Source: Paraspadella gotoi (taxonomy: Eukaryota > Animalia > Chaetognatha). Taken from it: 64,000 nucleotides of DNA. Below the pieces are notes generated by a model. That model saw only the letters and a list, made by a program, of their open reading frames with translations. It ran no database searches and had not been told where the DNA came from. This document shows, one piece after another, positions 1 to 15,736 of this stretch; the stretch's first letter is position 1; every line of letters starts with the position of its first letter. Made by a program: the position numbers and the translations under genes. The DNA is taken from NCBI GenBank assembly GCA_051294375.1, contig CM119268.1, positions 6,519,232 to 6,583,231 on the forward strand, in the 5' to 3' direction.

Positions 1-770
<770 letters not shown>

Positions 771-1621
771 CAATGTCGGAACATCCTGCCTAACGATAAT
801 TATAATTAATAATTGATGATAATTTAATTAATTAATAGTTAATTGAATTAATAGATTAATGTAATTATTTAATTAATAGATTTAATGTATAAGATTATAT
901 TCAGCTTGTACATACCATCGATATCCTTTAACAATTTAGTCAGGACTAGTTATTGAAAGTGTTTTGTTTCACATTTTTATGACAAAAACAAACCAAATGA
1001 TACCTCGTATTATCGAAGGACCAACGCGAGGGCAAGACCCGTCCTGATCTAAAGATTTTTTTTGCGGTTTAGCTTTCGGTACTCTCGCTTTTTTGCAATC
1101 ATGGCTTCTGAAAGGTAGATATCAATAGGGAGTGGAATTTTCCATATCCTGGCTTCTAATCACATATCGAGNNNNNNNNNNNNNNNNNNNNNNNNNCTGT
1201 CCCACTACTAAAACCTTATAACTAAGCCATAGGGTGCGTCATTGTTAATTAAAAATCTAATTAAGCCAGCTACTGGCGCCGCCTTTTGTTTTTAAAGCAA
1301 AAGTAATGCGGCGCAAACACCTTGGAATAACCGTTGCCTTGTTTTTTTAAAGATTAAGATGTTTTTAAAAAAATTGTTATATTTATGCCACAGTCTAGAA
1401 TTTCCTCAGATTAAATATATTATGTATTCCAATTTTTTTTTAATCAAATAAATGTCCGTCCGAAATTGGTTAAATTAGTCTTAAATTCGGCGCAATTCGA
1501 TTAAGCGCCTCATAACTTGAATAACTGAATAATATAATATAATTTAATTCGGATTAAGCTTCGTTTGCGAGCATCATCTCTCGGAATGCATGGACTCGCG
1601 GACAAAATGAGTCGTTGAAAG

Positions 1622-1671
<50 letters not shown>

Positions 1672-2531
1672 GAGATGGAGAGAAGAGAGAGAGCGGAAAG
1701 AGATAGGAGAGAGAGAGAGAGAGAGAAGAGAGAGAGACGTGTCCCGTTGATCCATTGAATCCAATGAATTGAATTCAGTGAATGAATCAAGTGAATATGA
1801 CGTCGTTGAGATCGAACGGGTCAGTCATGACGAAAAATTGATGAGTAATATGGAGAAAGAACTGATGGAGAAAGAAAAATAAATTAATGATGATAACTGC
1901 CTGGAGAAAGAAAAATATAAGTTACATGATGAGTAACTGATCTCCTCCAAAAAATATCTGGATCAGAAATCGAGATTTTTTTTTTTTTCGATCGAAAACA
2001 AAAAAATCACGTAACTGATTTTTGGGATCGAATGAGAAAATTAGAAGACGATACGTGACGATGATTGATCTATCGATCGGACGACGACGACGACGACGAC
2101 GACGAGGGGGACGGCCACCACAATCGTGTGTGCTAACAAGACATCAAAAATAATCAAGGAAGTGGAGAACGATGACGACGACGACGAAGACGAGCGACGA
2201 AGAGGGTGTGAGAGTCCAATGACAACGGTTGGGCCTTTATTGACAGAAGAATCGTAAAGTTCAATTAACGAAAATAATAAAAAGTTACTATGAAATTGTT
2301 ACAACCAATATAAACTTATCCATTTATTTAATTAAATTAAGCTATCTTCTAAGCTTCTGAAGCTTTATAAGCTATGTTTGCAACAATAAGGCGTTCGAAG
2401 ATCGAGGAAGTTCTATATATCGATTTGTGGTTTTTTCTTTTAGCGTTTCAGTAAATGACTTATTTCTCCTATTTCCCGTCACTTCCGTTCCCTTCTACAC
2501 CCCTTCCTTTTCCTCTTCCCCCCCCTTCCAG

Positions 2532-2745
2532 GCCCGAACGGCCATCGATGGTGGTCATTCGACTCGGCGCGTCAATTAAACGCCACGTGGGCGTCGATCG
2601 TTCGTCCCCGAGAGCGGCGCCACTTTCGGCGTTACTAGCCGTTAGACCCGGCGCCGGCGTAGCGGCCGCCGCCCGTGGCGCAGTGACGCCACGCCACGCA
2701 ATTGGCGCAATTGACGCTGCGCCGCCGCACGCCACCCACGCGCAG
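2532..2745 (+). pseudogene. Inverted duplicate of IRF2BP exon 3 (frameshifted copy)
   Basis: Reverse complement of 4454-4662 with indels; the AG (2530-2531) and GT (2746) splice sites are retained. Confidence 0.7.
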
Positions 2746-2872
2746 GTTAGGATTGGGCAGGGCAGGGGGCTTGTGAGGAGAAGGGAAAGGTTAAGTTTGG
2801 AAATCTGGAAGATATCAAAAATTGGTTTGGGTAAGAACTAAGAAAGTTAATTCTTTCTTTCTTGCAGAATTT

Positions 2873-2903
<31 letters not shown>

Positions 2904-3221
2904 CCCCCTCGTTCTTCTTTCTTTTCTTTCTTTGTTCTTTCTTTCTTTCTTTCTTCTTTTTTTTCTTTCTTTCTTTCTTTCTTTCATTTCTTCTTTCTTT
3001 CTTTTATTCTATCTCTCTTTGGTTTCATTCTTCCATCCTTTTAACTCTGAGTCACGAAAGGTGAACATCGGCGTTTTTACTTTGGGAGGACGAAGACAGT
3101 TTGTTTTTAAACTTTTTTTGCGGTTTTTTTTTTTTTCTTTTTGTTAAAAAAAAAAAATTAAAAAGATTTTATTCATCGAGAATTAGTTTCGATTTGAGAG
3201 GTGAATCGATCTTCCATTTAA

Positions 3222-3299
<78 letters not shown>

Positions 3300-3971
3300 C
3301 CTCCTCTCCTTCTTTCTCTTTCTAACTCAAGCTCTCTGTCTCCCTCTCTGTTTTTATTCACATTTCCTGGCCCGGTTTCAAAAAGCTCTCTTCAAAAGTC
3401 AAAAACAAGGGGGAAGAATAAGCAAGAAGAAGAAGAAGAAGAAGAAGAAAAAAGAAGAAGAGAAGAAGAAGAAGCAAGGAAGAAGAAGACAAAGAAGAAG
3501 AAGAAGCAAGAAGAAATTTCAAACAGACGCACTGACGCTCGTTGGCTTTAGCAAAAAAAGTGAAAAACGCGAATATTGTGCTAATTGTTTAAGCCAAGAA
3601 TGATCGAGATCTAAATATTGGTATATTAGCTTGACATGTAATTGCCAATTTTAAAAAAATAGTCATATCAATTATAGCGTATTTCAGAGTTTTGATTTAA
3701 ATAATCATGTTTTAAACTTCAAAGTGACTCACAATAACAGAAGACGACAGACGACTATTACTGAACGCTTCTTCCGTCGTTTTGTTGGTAAAACATACTA
3801 ATTATTGTTTAGATTAATTAATATTTAAAAAAATTATAGCGCTCCCGCAGTTCTAATTCAACTAAGATCTGGTCCGTCAAATCTGAATTAAATGACCCGA
3901 AATGACAATCAGAATTTCTGGAGAGGGAGAGGGAGAGAGAGAGAAGAGATGAGAGAGAGACGAGAGAGTAG

Positions 3972-4015
<44 letters not shown>

Positions 4016-4235
4016 GAGAGAGAGAGAAACTTAAATGGAAGGATCGATTCAACTCTAAATCGAAACTAATTCTCATGAATTAGACAATCTTTATTTTTTT
4101 TAAAACAAAAGAAAGAAAAAAAACCGCAAAAAAGTTCAAACTGTCTTCGTCTCCCAAAGTAAAACCGCCGATGTTCACCTTTCGTGACTCACCGAGTAAA
4201 AAGGATGGAAGAGATGAAACCAAAGAGAGATAGAT

Positions 4236-4236
<1 letters not shown>

Positions 4237-4334
<98 letters not shown>

Positions 4335-4335
4335 A
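4237..4335. repeat. (GAAA)n microsatellite
   Basis: Pure GAAA run; its inverted partner is the TTTC tract at ~2870-3000. Confidence 0.95.
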
Positions 4336-4453
4336 AATTCTCAAGAAAGAAAGAATTAACCTTTCTTAGTTCTTACCCAAACCATTTATTAAGTCTTCCA
4401 GATTCCAAACTTACTTTCCCCTCTTCCCTCCACGCCCCCTGCCCAATCCTAAC

Positions 4454-5437
4454 CTGCGCGTGGGTGGCGTGCGGCGGCGGCAGCGTCAATTGCGCCAATT
4501 GCGTGGCGTGCGTCACTGCCACGGGCGGCGGCGCTACGCCGGCGCCGGGTCTAACGGCTAGTACGCCGGAAGTGGCGCCGCCTCTCGGGGACGACGAATC
4601 GACGCCCACGTGGCGTTTTAATTGACGCGCGGAGTCGATGACCACCTCGATGCGTTCGGGGCCTGGAAGGGGGGGGGAGAGGAAGGAAGGGGTGTAGAAG
4701 GGACGGAAGTGACGGAAATAGGAGAAATAAGTCATTTACTGAAAGCTAAAAGAAAAAACCACAAATCGATATATTAACTTCCTCGATCTTCGAACCCTTA
4801 TTGTTGCCAAAAACACAGCTTATAAGCTTAGAAGCTTAGAAGATAGCTTATTTATTAAATAAATGGATAAGTTTATATTGGTTGTAACAATTTCATAGTA
4901 ACTTTTTTTTATTATTTCGTTAATTGAACTTTACGATCTTTCTTGTCAATAAAGGCCAACCGTTGTCATTGGACTCTCACGACCCTCTTCGTCGTCGTCT
5001 TCGTCGTCGTCGTCATCGTTCTCACTTCCTTGATTATTTTGATGTTCTTGTTAGCAACACGATTGTGGTGGCCGTCCTCGTCGTCGTCGTCGTCGTCGTC
5101 GTCCGATCGATAGATCAATCATCGTCACGCGTCTTCTAATTTTCTCATTCGATCCCAAAATCAGTTTCCGTGATTTTTTGTTTTCGATCGAAAAAAAAAA
5201 ATCTCGATTTCTGGATCCATGATATTTTTTGGAGGAGATCAGTTACTCATCATTACTTATATTTTCTTTCTCCAGCAGTTACTCATCATTAATTATATTT
5301 TCTTTCTCCATCAGTTCTTTCTCCATCAGTTACTCATCATTTTCGTCATGACTGACCCGTTCGATCTCACGACGTCAAAGTTCACTTGATTCATTCACTG
5401 ACTTCATTCATTGGATTCAATGGATTCACGGGACACG

Positions 5438-5472
<35 letters not shown>

Positions 5473-5505
5473 TCTCTCTCTCTCCTCTCTCTCTCTCCTC
5501 TCCTG

Positions 5506-5557
<52 letters not shown>

Positions 5558-8500
5558 GCTTCACACTCTTGTCGCGAGTCATGCATTCCGAGAGATGATC
5601 TCGCAAACGAAGCTTAATCCGATTAAATTATATTATATTATTCAGTTATTCAATTATGAGGCGCTTAATCGAATTTGCGCCGAATTTAGACTAATTTAAC
5701 CAATTTCGGACGGACATTATTTGATTAAAAAAAAAGTTGGAAATACATATATATTTATCTGAGGAAATTCTAGACTGTGGCATAAATATACAATTTTTTA
5801 TAAAACATTTAATCTTTAAAAAAACAAGGAACGGTTATTCCAAGGTGTTGCGCCGCATTACTTTTCTTTAAAAACAAAAGGCGGCGCCAGTAGCTGCTTA
5901 GATTAGATTTTTAACAAATGAGCAACAAACTATAGGCATGTTATAAGCGTTTTTAACGTAAGTGGGACAGACATACCGACGGACCGACGGAAAAGTGACT
6001 TATTGAGTTGCTCCGCGAGTACTCGCGGCGCAACTAAAAAATATCATTTCAAAATTCAAACACTCGGGCGGTGTAACGAACTTCAATTCAGTCCGATAAA
6101 ACAAGATGAAAGAAAAAAAAAATTAAATAGTTTTAAATAAAGTTTTAAGAGATGAAAAACAAAGTTAATACCTTCCAAAAATGTGAGCAATCTCCTATAA
6201 TTAACGACTTTAAAACAAGTGAAACAAAAAAAAGCGCAGTAATGAATTCAATTATTTGTTCTTTATCTAATTTAACCATAAAGAAGTTTTATTACGACAC
6301 GAACATATTCCGCCAAATTTATTGCCGTTCATAACAAGGAGCTTATTAGAGTCGACTCATTGCTTATATTTACAGAACAAACATAATTTTAAACTCATCT
6401 TATAGAAATGAAAATATATGTAGTATGTGAATTCCCCAAAAAAACCTGATCGAAACTGATTGGTCTAACGATACGGATAAGTAAGATTTACTTCCCGATT
6501 CTATTTCAACAATTACTCTTTCACCGGCGCACTTACTTTTACCTTACTTTTTTGCAACGAGCGGATGAGATCGGCGTTTGGCTTCGCGACGCCGCTCTGA
6601 TTATTCTCATCATTTATCAGTGAGAAAAACTAAGGAAAATCTCGCGTTTTTTATGCTAAAGCCGATTCACATTTGCCTCGAGTCACGTAAACATCGTCGT
6701 CGTCGTCGTCGTCGTTGTGCGTCGTCGTCCCATTTTTGTCGTTTTCATTGTCTTTTTCTCGTTGTTTTCTTAATTCGTCTCTCTGTTCCAGAAAATGTTA
6801 TAACTGTTAAGACTTAAGTAACAAAAATAGATAATAAGATAAAAATAATAAAATCGACGATGAACTTTGTGATTTTTAAACGTATGTTATACGGCATTTT
6901 TAAACTTTCGAACAAAAAAAATAAACAAAACATATCAAAAAACAAACGTCATTTATAACATAGATTTCCCCCGCCCAGCAAACTTCCGACGAAAAATTTG
7001 TTTGCTAGCTCATTTTACGTTATTATATATATTTATTTAACCTCGAACGAATAACGTTGACGTGAATCGTGAGTGACCGAAAAAATAGTGAGTGCGCTTT
7101 TTTCACTGTTTATCGTCAATTGAAATTCAAATAATTTTTTTTTTCATTATGATGTTATTTTTTTTTTTTTTTATTCCGTTTTAAAATTTTTACGCAACGA
7201 TTTTTTTTCTCTCTTTTTCTCCCGTCTACCTTTCTCGATTCACAAAATCTAGGCAGTCAACGCGATTTATTTGTTTTTGTTTTTAAAAACATTGGAATTA
7301 AAACTGAATTGAATCATGTATAATGAAAAACGGTAACATTAGTGCAATTTTCTTTTCCCTCTGAACTTTACCTTTAAAAGTTTTGAATTTGTGAGATTGT
7401 TTGCAAGGAGTAAACAATTTAAATGTCATTTTATTAATGGCCTGGGGTCGATCCCAAAATATGTGGCTTGACTAAAAATGACGTTTTTTTTGAGATTTGT
7501 GAGCTGCGACTTTTGAGCTCTCGAGACCAATCACTAATCCCTGCTGTCTTTTTGCCAACTTTCTTGTTTTTGTATTGGAAAAGCTTTTTTTTACAAAATT
7601 ATTATGCTAGAAAAGAGTTTTGAAATTTATAATCTCCAAAGCTGGAAGAAGGGTAGATTTCTCAAACGCTTAGTTAAAAATGACCAAACTAACTCAGGTT
7701 TGTCTGGCATTTTTTTTTTTTTTTTTTTTTTCCTTTGTACTCGCTCACATTTCTCCTTTTATTTTCATGGACGCTCTGGAGACATCTCGCCGTTCATGCC
7801 TTAAGATTTTCGCTTAGATTCATCCGATCAATTTAATGAATAAAAAAAAGAAAGAAAAAAAAAAATGTTAACCTCAACTCGTTATTCATCGGCGTCCGAA
7901 TTCCTTCGTTAAAAATCTCAAGAAAGGCCCCAGAATTCGGACGCCGGTCTATTTCTGATACGATTGATACAACTGATACAATTATCAAAAACTCGTCGTA
8001 CTCATTTAATGGTAACTCTCTATTAACGGACAAAGACGGCGGTTACCAGCCATCGTCCGTCGTCGTCGTCGCTGTCATTCGATTTGACTTTAGTTCGCTC
8101 TAATTCAATTCAAACTCAATTAAACGACAGGAATTTTTTTTTTCGTCCTCGACGACGAACGATTTTGTCACTCGTTTTTTTTTCCTCAAATTTAAAACTT
8201 TTGGCTTCGAAAATGATAAAAATGATTAAAAAAATATTCAAAAAAAATATCAGTCGCGGGAACTCTAATTCGATTATCTTCTCATATTTCATCTCTCTCT
8301 TCCTGCTCTCTCTCTCTCTCTTCTCATCTCTTTTCTCATCTTTCTCTCTCTCTGTCTCTCTCTCATTCTTTTTCTCCTCTCTCTCTCTCTCTTCACAGCT
8401 GGCTGCCGTCTTCCTTTGTCCCTTCCCCTTCATGCCCAATCTCATTCACGGGCCCGTTTGTTTATTTATCTTTTTTTACCAGGTGATGTAAAGGACTCAG

Positions 8501-9321
8501 CAACGACTTAAACCCTTCGAAATCCGCGTTTCGACGTCCGGAAAGCCACGGAAAAGAGCGCGTTCGAACATCCCCTGATAGACTCTAGAAAAGCTTACCT
8601 TCTCGCCCATCGTCACTCTTCTGCCTTTCGCCTGTGAAACTTTCTTACCTTTTTCCTTATCTTTTCTGGATAAAAAGTTGCGAAGAATGTTTAACTTTAA
8701 TTTCCCCCTTGAGCTCAGCCCTCCGTTTAATTTCCTCATGCCTCACCCCATTTTCCCGCCATCACGTCCCTTTTTAGAGATCTCTCTTTTCAAAGTTCGT
8801 ATGAACCCGCTCGCCTAATCGCGCACGGCGGACACTGCCGGGATGTAACTCGTCGGAGGTGCAAGTCACGCGCATCTTCTCATCTTCCTCTCCCATCTCC
8901 CCCACCCCCTCCACCCCACCAAATCGGACAACTCCCCATGACGACCGGCCATGTCCTCACGTGCCCCATCTCGCGCACGCCAACGCAAACGCAGCGCTCA
9001 CGCAGGCGCACGCGACACATGGGCGTCGCGCGTCGTCAATCACGGCCGCCGCGGCAGCCGCCGCGCCGCCCGCTGCAGCACAGCAACACAACAACGTTGT
9101 CGTCGGCGAGCGGCGGCGGGAACCGGAAACGGAAAGCGCCGGGATCGCCGTGGCGACGCGGTCGCGGCATCACTCGTGCGGCGTTGCCCGGTAACCGAGG
9201 GAATTGTTTGCTCTTGGAAACGCGTTATATCAAGCAGATTTTCAAGCGGATAGTGTGATATTTATAAATATTTATTTTTTTAAAATTAAAAGTTGTTATT
9301 ACGTTTATACTTTATCGAGAG

Positions 9322-9358
<37 letters not shown>

Positions 9359-11060
9359 AGAGAGAGAGAGACGAGAGAGAGGAGAGAGAGGAGAGAGAGA
9401 GAGAAGAGAGAGAGGAGAGTAGAGAGTGGAACTTTATTGTTTTCCTCCGCTGGTCGCAATCTTCTTCTGTTTATTCACTGTTCTTCACTGTCGAACTTGA
9501 ATTGCTGCTTCCTCACGTCCGTCACGTCCGATCGATCTTCGAGTTTCTTCTCTCCGTGAGGGAAGTTCAGTTCCGTCCCGTTCCGTCCGCTACATCCATC
9601 CATATCGTCCGTTCGATTAGCGCGAACGTTCTGCTGATGCCGTCCGAACGCGTTCTCATTTGATTAGTTTATATGTATATAGCAATATAATTAGCAGTCG
9701 CTTAAAACAAAATATCACATTTTAATATAGTGATTAAACAATTTATAAGTAATCTACTAATTAAAAACGGGCGATCGCGAGCCACGCGAGTTGGTGGGAA
9801 ATAACAAGAAGGGACGCTAGAGGCGCTGGAAGAAAAATCCGAAGTCGAAAAGGAAACTCGGAATTTGCATCGAGGTGATGAAAGCAGAACGATGTGACAT
9901 CGTGATTATTTTTTTTATTTATTTATTTTTTGAAAGAGCAGGACGAAGGGTAAGATGTAGGGGGAGAAGGGAGGGGAGAGGAAGAGGAGAAAGGAGAGGG
10001 TTAGATTAGAGAGCGAGAGAGGTAGAGGCAAATGGAGATTAGGAGAAGGAGAAGAAGGGAGAGAAGGGAGAGGAAGAGGGTGAGGTGTTAGAATGGGGAG
10101 AGAGGGGTGAGGTAGAGGCAGGGGAGAATTAGGAGTAGGGGAGAGGGAGAAGGAGAAGGAGGAAGGAGAGAGAGAGAGGAGAGGAGATGAGAGAGAGAGA
10201 GAGAAGAAAGAGAGGAGAGAGAGAGAGAGAAGAGACGAGAGATGGAGAAGACAAGGAGAGCGCAGGAAAAGGGGAGGAAGTGACAGAGAAAAGGGGATCA
10301 AAAAAGGAGAATTAACTTCCGCGAGAAACTTGGAAAAAAAGTGACTCTTGGTTCGTCGTTCAACGCGCGAGGGGAAGAACGAACGGTCCATAAATTTCGC
10401 TATTCGCCAGAGGAGATGATGCCAACATAGTGGAGACAGACGTCGACGCCCCGGAAGTCTGAAAGGAGGGCGCGGCGAGGCGGGGCGGAGTTTACCGGGT
10501 CAAGACTGAATGACTGACCAATGATCGAGCTGGGGCCACTGTTGTTGTTCGTTTTTGTTGTGTTGTTGTTGTTGTTGTTTGTTGTTGTTGTTGTTGTTGT
10601 TGTTGTGTTGTTGTTGTCGTTCGTGTTGGAGAGAAAATATTAACCGGTTGTTGGTAAATGGTTAAATGGTTAATGGGCCTCATTGAGCGAGACACGCATT
10701 TTGGCTACGGGTAAATCGCTATCGTTCTTTCTATTGGCACCGGGACGATGCATTTTCCTCATGGTCTCTCCGAGGGGTCAATGTTATTGTTGTGTTGTTG
10801 TTTGTGAATATTTGTTCGTTGTCGTTATTTTAAAAAATCAGACATGACGTCGTCTTCGTGTATCGTTGTGGTCACGAATTGCGTGGGTTTTTTCTCTTCA
10901 AGTCCGGCCAGTGCTCTTCTCTTCTCTCTCCATCTCTCTCTCGTCTCTCTCTCTTCTCTCTCTCCTCTCCCTCTCTCTCTTCTCTGTCCAAACGTCTTCG
11001 TGTTTCATTTCCATTTCTGTCGATCTTCATTTATCCTTCAGTCTCGATTGACGTCATCTT

Positions 11061-11094
<34 letters not shown>

Positions 11095-12774
11095 TCGTCG
11101 TCGTCGTCGTCGTCGTCGTCAGACGTCGTTCGTCGTCGTCGCGCACGCTCTTTATTTCCGTTGGAAATACCCTCACGGGGAAAAAAAATCGCATCGAATT
11201 TCTAAATTTGAGATGATGTTTGATTGTTTGATTGTCTCATATCACTGATTGCTCTTTGTTTTTTCTTCATGATTTTATATGAAGGTGTTGCGATTGATTG
11301 ATTGTTTTCTTCGTTTGATTGGCTGGATTCCAATTGACGAGCCTTTGGGCCACCGCTTCCTGTTTGTGACGATCTGATTGACAATTATGTATGCAGATTT
11401 TTTATTGTGTTTATCTTACTTTCTTAAGCACTCGTTTTTTTCCTCTGCGCTTATTAAGCCAATTACTTTTCTTTTTTTAAAAAGGCTTTTTTGTTTCTTT
11501 CTTTTTAAATTCTAAAATCTTGCAAAGCAATCTCTACGATATATATATTTCATCATTACCCCGACAAAAAAAAAAAACACTCGACGCAAATTTCTCAAAA
11601 AGATTAGATTAGATTAGCAGTCTAACTTTGAAATGAGAGACGAATAACGAAAAAGTCGAAGGCAGAATCCTTAATTGTTACTATTGAGCTGTCAAACTTT
11701 AATTCGCTTAGACATTGATTCTTTTCGTTTTCACTCAATCTTTATTATGTTAAACTCAATCCAAGTTGCTGGTTCACGTACGCGTTCTTAGATGCCAAAC
11801 TCTTATTATCTTCTTTTAAAATGAACCAAAAAAATCGGTCAGGAAGGTCGGACAAACTAAGAATTTGCCACGAATTAGTCACAGGATCGATTTTCGTGTG
11901 TACCCGAAAAACTCAAATGACTTCTAACGTTTGGACGCGAGTTAGTCATGGAGCTCAAATCGTTGCTATCATACCGGATTGCAAGTACAAAGGTTTTATC
12001 AAAGGTTTGATAAGCTCGAGATAACCGATGTTTAAGGATGTTTTTAACGCATATTTTAAAATTTGGGCTGATAACGGCTTTGTAAGATATTTTTCCTGCC
12101 CGGATATCCCGTTTAAGAGTCAATTTTTATTTTATCTCTTCACCTTTGCCTTTTTTCTTTCAATTTTTTTTTTAACCTTCCTCTCGTTGTCTTATGCTTC
12201 TCCGCTTGATGTTCGCTCGAATTCGCTTCTTGAACGAGTTTTTCTTCGGCGCCTCGAATGAGAACGAGTGATTTCACCCCCCGTTACAGCGAACTCGCGT
12301 TATGTTTTCGGAATCCGGTCACACGTGCTGGTAGATACAGTGGATGCTAGATATTTCCTGTATCTATGTTCGTTTTTGATCCTGGAATCAAGATAATGAG
12401 GTAAAATGAATATAAAATTCAGCGAGAATAGGAATATTCGATTATTCATGTCTCTTTTTCCTCATTTTATTATATTTTTTAAATTTATATTTTTTTTTAA
12501 AATTCCCCTTTAATCCGTCACTCGCCTCACGAATTTCCGTGAGAAAGGAAACGCCAAAGTTTAACCAGAACCAAAAGATTTAATTACTTTCCGATCAACA
12601 GATTAAAAACCACTCTCCTCTTCGATTGTTAGATACAAAACAAAACGAAATCGCAGCGAAAAATCGCATAAATTTTTCATACCATCGATATCAGTGATAA
12701 ATTTCGTCAAAGCCCCTCTCTCTATCTCTCTCTCTCTCTCCCTTTCTCTCTCTCTCTCTCTCTTCTCTCCTCTC

Positions 12775-12843
<69 letters not shown>

Positions 12844-15414
12844 GTCTCTTAGTGCGCGAAATCAACCGGTGCCATTTACGTTGCGAAAAATATATAAAAA
12901 AAAGATAAGATACGAAAAAATAAGTTTTACGACTAAATTTGTTTATCTCTCGTCGCTCAGTTTTTTTTTTTTTTTTTTTTTTTTTTTGAGTTTCGCAAAA
13001 ATAAGAGCGCAGGTGTTTAGGATCTCATAAACTTTTAAGTAGTAGATTCTATCTCAATTTAGATCCGTAAAAAGGTGAGTAAAAACCTCACCCTTGACCC
13101 TCCAATTGCCCGTCAGGCCACCACGCGCCCCTCGTCGCCGCCTCCCACGCCACCATATCCTCGCGCGGCGCCGTCCGCGGCGCAACGCTGCAGCGCCAGT
13201 CCTGCTACCTCTGCGGATCTTCCCGCGGACAGCCGTGGGCGATGCTGCAGGATTCTCGGAACCGTTTGTCGGGGGTGCGTCAACTACGAAGGTAGGTTAA
13301 CGAGCGAACGAGCGAACGTATGGAACAAGCATAATTGTTTAACCTATTACGAATTTTGAAGCGAGATTCCATTTTTTTTTAATGGGTAGTCACCGAGCTT
13401 TCCGAGTTGAGAATATTTTGTATCGTCGAGTTTTCCTAACCAGTAAAGTATAGTCAACTTGGATGATACTGCTATATTATTAAAAATATTTGTTGAATTG
13501 TTAAAATAGTAATCTCAGAAATTATTCACCATTAAACCTAGTTTATGAATATTGCCAAGAAATGATATTAACTTTTAAAGCAATCCAATAAAGATGAGTA
13601 AAATTCCAAACGAAACACGACCAAAATGCAAAAGAAAATTAAGAGACACAAAATACTATGCTATAATTCTTTTTGGCGACTTTGTTGACCAAATGTTTTA
13701 CGTGTTCATAACAAACTCTTCGTCTCATGCAACGACTTAAAAATATCTCTTAAGTCATATTTCCAAAGATATGCAAGATCAAGTCAGTAGAAAACCAGAG
13801 TCGGGCGATGCCCTTTTGCCTCTTCAGCCCGTTTCCGCCCTGTCGCCTGCGGCGCTTCTGCCGTATCAGCTCTCTCTTTACCCTTCTGACCCTTCCTCCT
13901 TACTGCTTCGTTTGCTCGCCCTTTTTTTATCCTCGCACAGCTGTCAATACGAGCATTGCTGCCTTATCCAAATAGACATCATTACCCTTCTGCCCTTCGC
14001 CAGCCACGTGTGCGGGCCTGCCCTTCTCCCCTTCTGCCCTTCCGCCCCTTCTGCCCTACTCTGCCCTTTGGCTTGCCCTCTCTGCCGCCTTCTTGCCCTC
14101 CGCTTCCCGCTTCCCTGAAATACTTTTCTGCGCCCGCCGACTTAGGACGCCGAGTTTGCGTGCATCTCAATTTTTCCTACTTCGTGCGGAACACGGAAAT
14201 TCATTCGTTGCCCCCCCCCTCTCCTCTCTCCTCTCTCTTCTCTCTCTTCTTCTCTGCTCTCTCTCTTCTCTTCTCTCAAGAAAAATGTGAAACCTTTTTC
14301 CCAAGGGACGATTAAAATCCCAAATTAAATCTCACTCATTTGTGCAGATAGAGACATCTGTTTAGAGTTAGTTTTCCTAACATCCTTTTACTTATTTTGA
14401 TTCTATTACCAATTATCTTTGTTTTGAGATCTTTTTGTTGAAAAATTCAAGTTGTATTTAAACATCGTATTTAACTATTCTAAAAGTTTGCCTAGGTGCC
14501 GGCCGTATCTGTTTAATTCATAATTCACCTCCTCTCTCTTCTTCTGCTCTCTTCTCTCTCTTCTCTCTCTCTCTCTCTCTTCTCCTCTTCTCTCTCTCTC
14601 TCTCTCTTTCCGGGATGCTTGCTAGAAAATCGTGGTCCCCAAGTTAAAACCCTCGAAACCCCCAAGGTTATGTCTTCGCGGTCAACTTTGCAGAACGAAC
14701 GAATGCAGTGCATTTTTTTGCCCGATCGTCTTTTTCGCCATCGTTGCAAACTTTTATATCGAAGACTTTTACCGCGAAGAGATAATTTGTGGTACCCTTT
14801 GGTGGGCAAGACGTGTCCGTGCCAACTCCCGAGAGCCCAACACGTCGGTTGGAAATTCCGTGATCGGACGAATTCTTTGGAATCATCGGGATCGAGTTAG
14901 GAAAAAAAAAAGTTTTGTCATGAAACTTTCGTTGGCGGGAATTGTAGAAAAAAAAAACTTGTTGTGGAAAAGATTTATTTCTTTTTGTTGGATTTCGTGA
15001 AACGAAGGAATGAACGAAGGATTTCCTTGTTTTTTTATTAAATAAATAAAAGTTAAATTTCTTATGTTAGTTTTGTTGTGTTAAACGTTGGTTCGTGGGT
15101 TTTTGAGTTTCCGAACAAAAAACACGCGATTCGGTTAATCGGTCGAATGTTCCTGTGGCAATCGAAGGGAAAAATATGTCCATAATTAGGGCATTTTGCG
15201 CTCTCGGCCGTTTATGGAATAATTAATAGAAGTTAAAGTTATTTGTCAATGCAATCGTCATAGTTTATTTTGTGAAAAAGTTCAGCGTTCAGCAGTTCAT
15301 CTAATTCTCTCCATGTTTTGGACCGTCGTCGTCACGCAAATTACTGAAGGCAAACTTTGGAATTATTCGCCTCTCTCTCTCTCTCTCTCGATCTCTCTCT
15401 CTCTCTCTCTCTCT

Positions 15415-15481
<67 letters not shown>

Positions 15482-15699
15482 TCAGATTGGTCCAAGCTTC
15501 TCATGAAACGAAGATGACCGGCTTCCGATTAATCGCATGACATTAATATTTTTTTTCTGTCGGAATCAATGAGAGAGAGAGAGAGAGAGGAGGAGACGAG
15601 ACGAGAGAGGAGAGAGGAGAATGAGAGAGACGATGAGAGAGAAGACAAGAGACGAGAGGAGAGGTTTTCTTTTGNNNNNNNNNNNNNNNNNNNNNNNNN

Positions 15700-15736
<37 letters not shown>

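Larger units (their letters stand above)
1197..5970. repeat. Large inverted duplication 1: arms ~1197-3300 and ~3930-5970, spacer ~3310-3925
   Basis: ctgtcccacta... at 1197 pairs with ...taagtgggacag at 5970; gtcacgaaaggtgaacatcggcg (3051) pairs with cgccgatgttcacctttcgtgac (~4166). The arms are colinear throughout. Confidence 0.95.
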
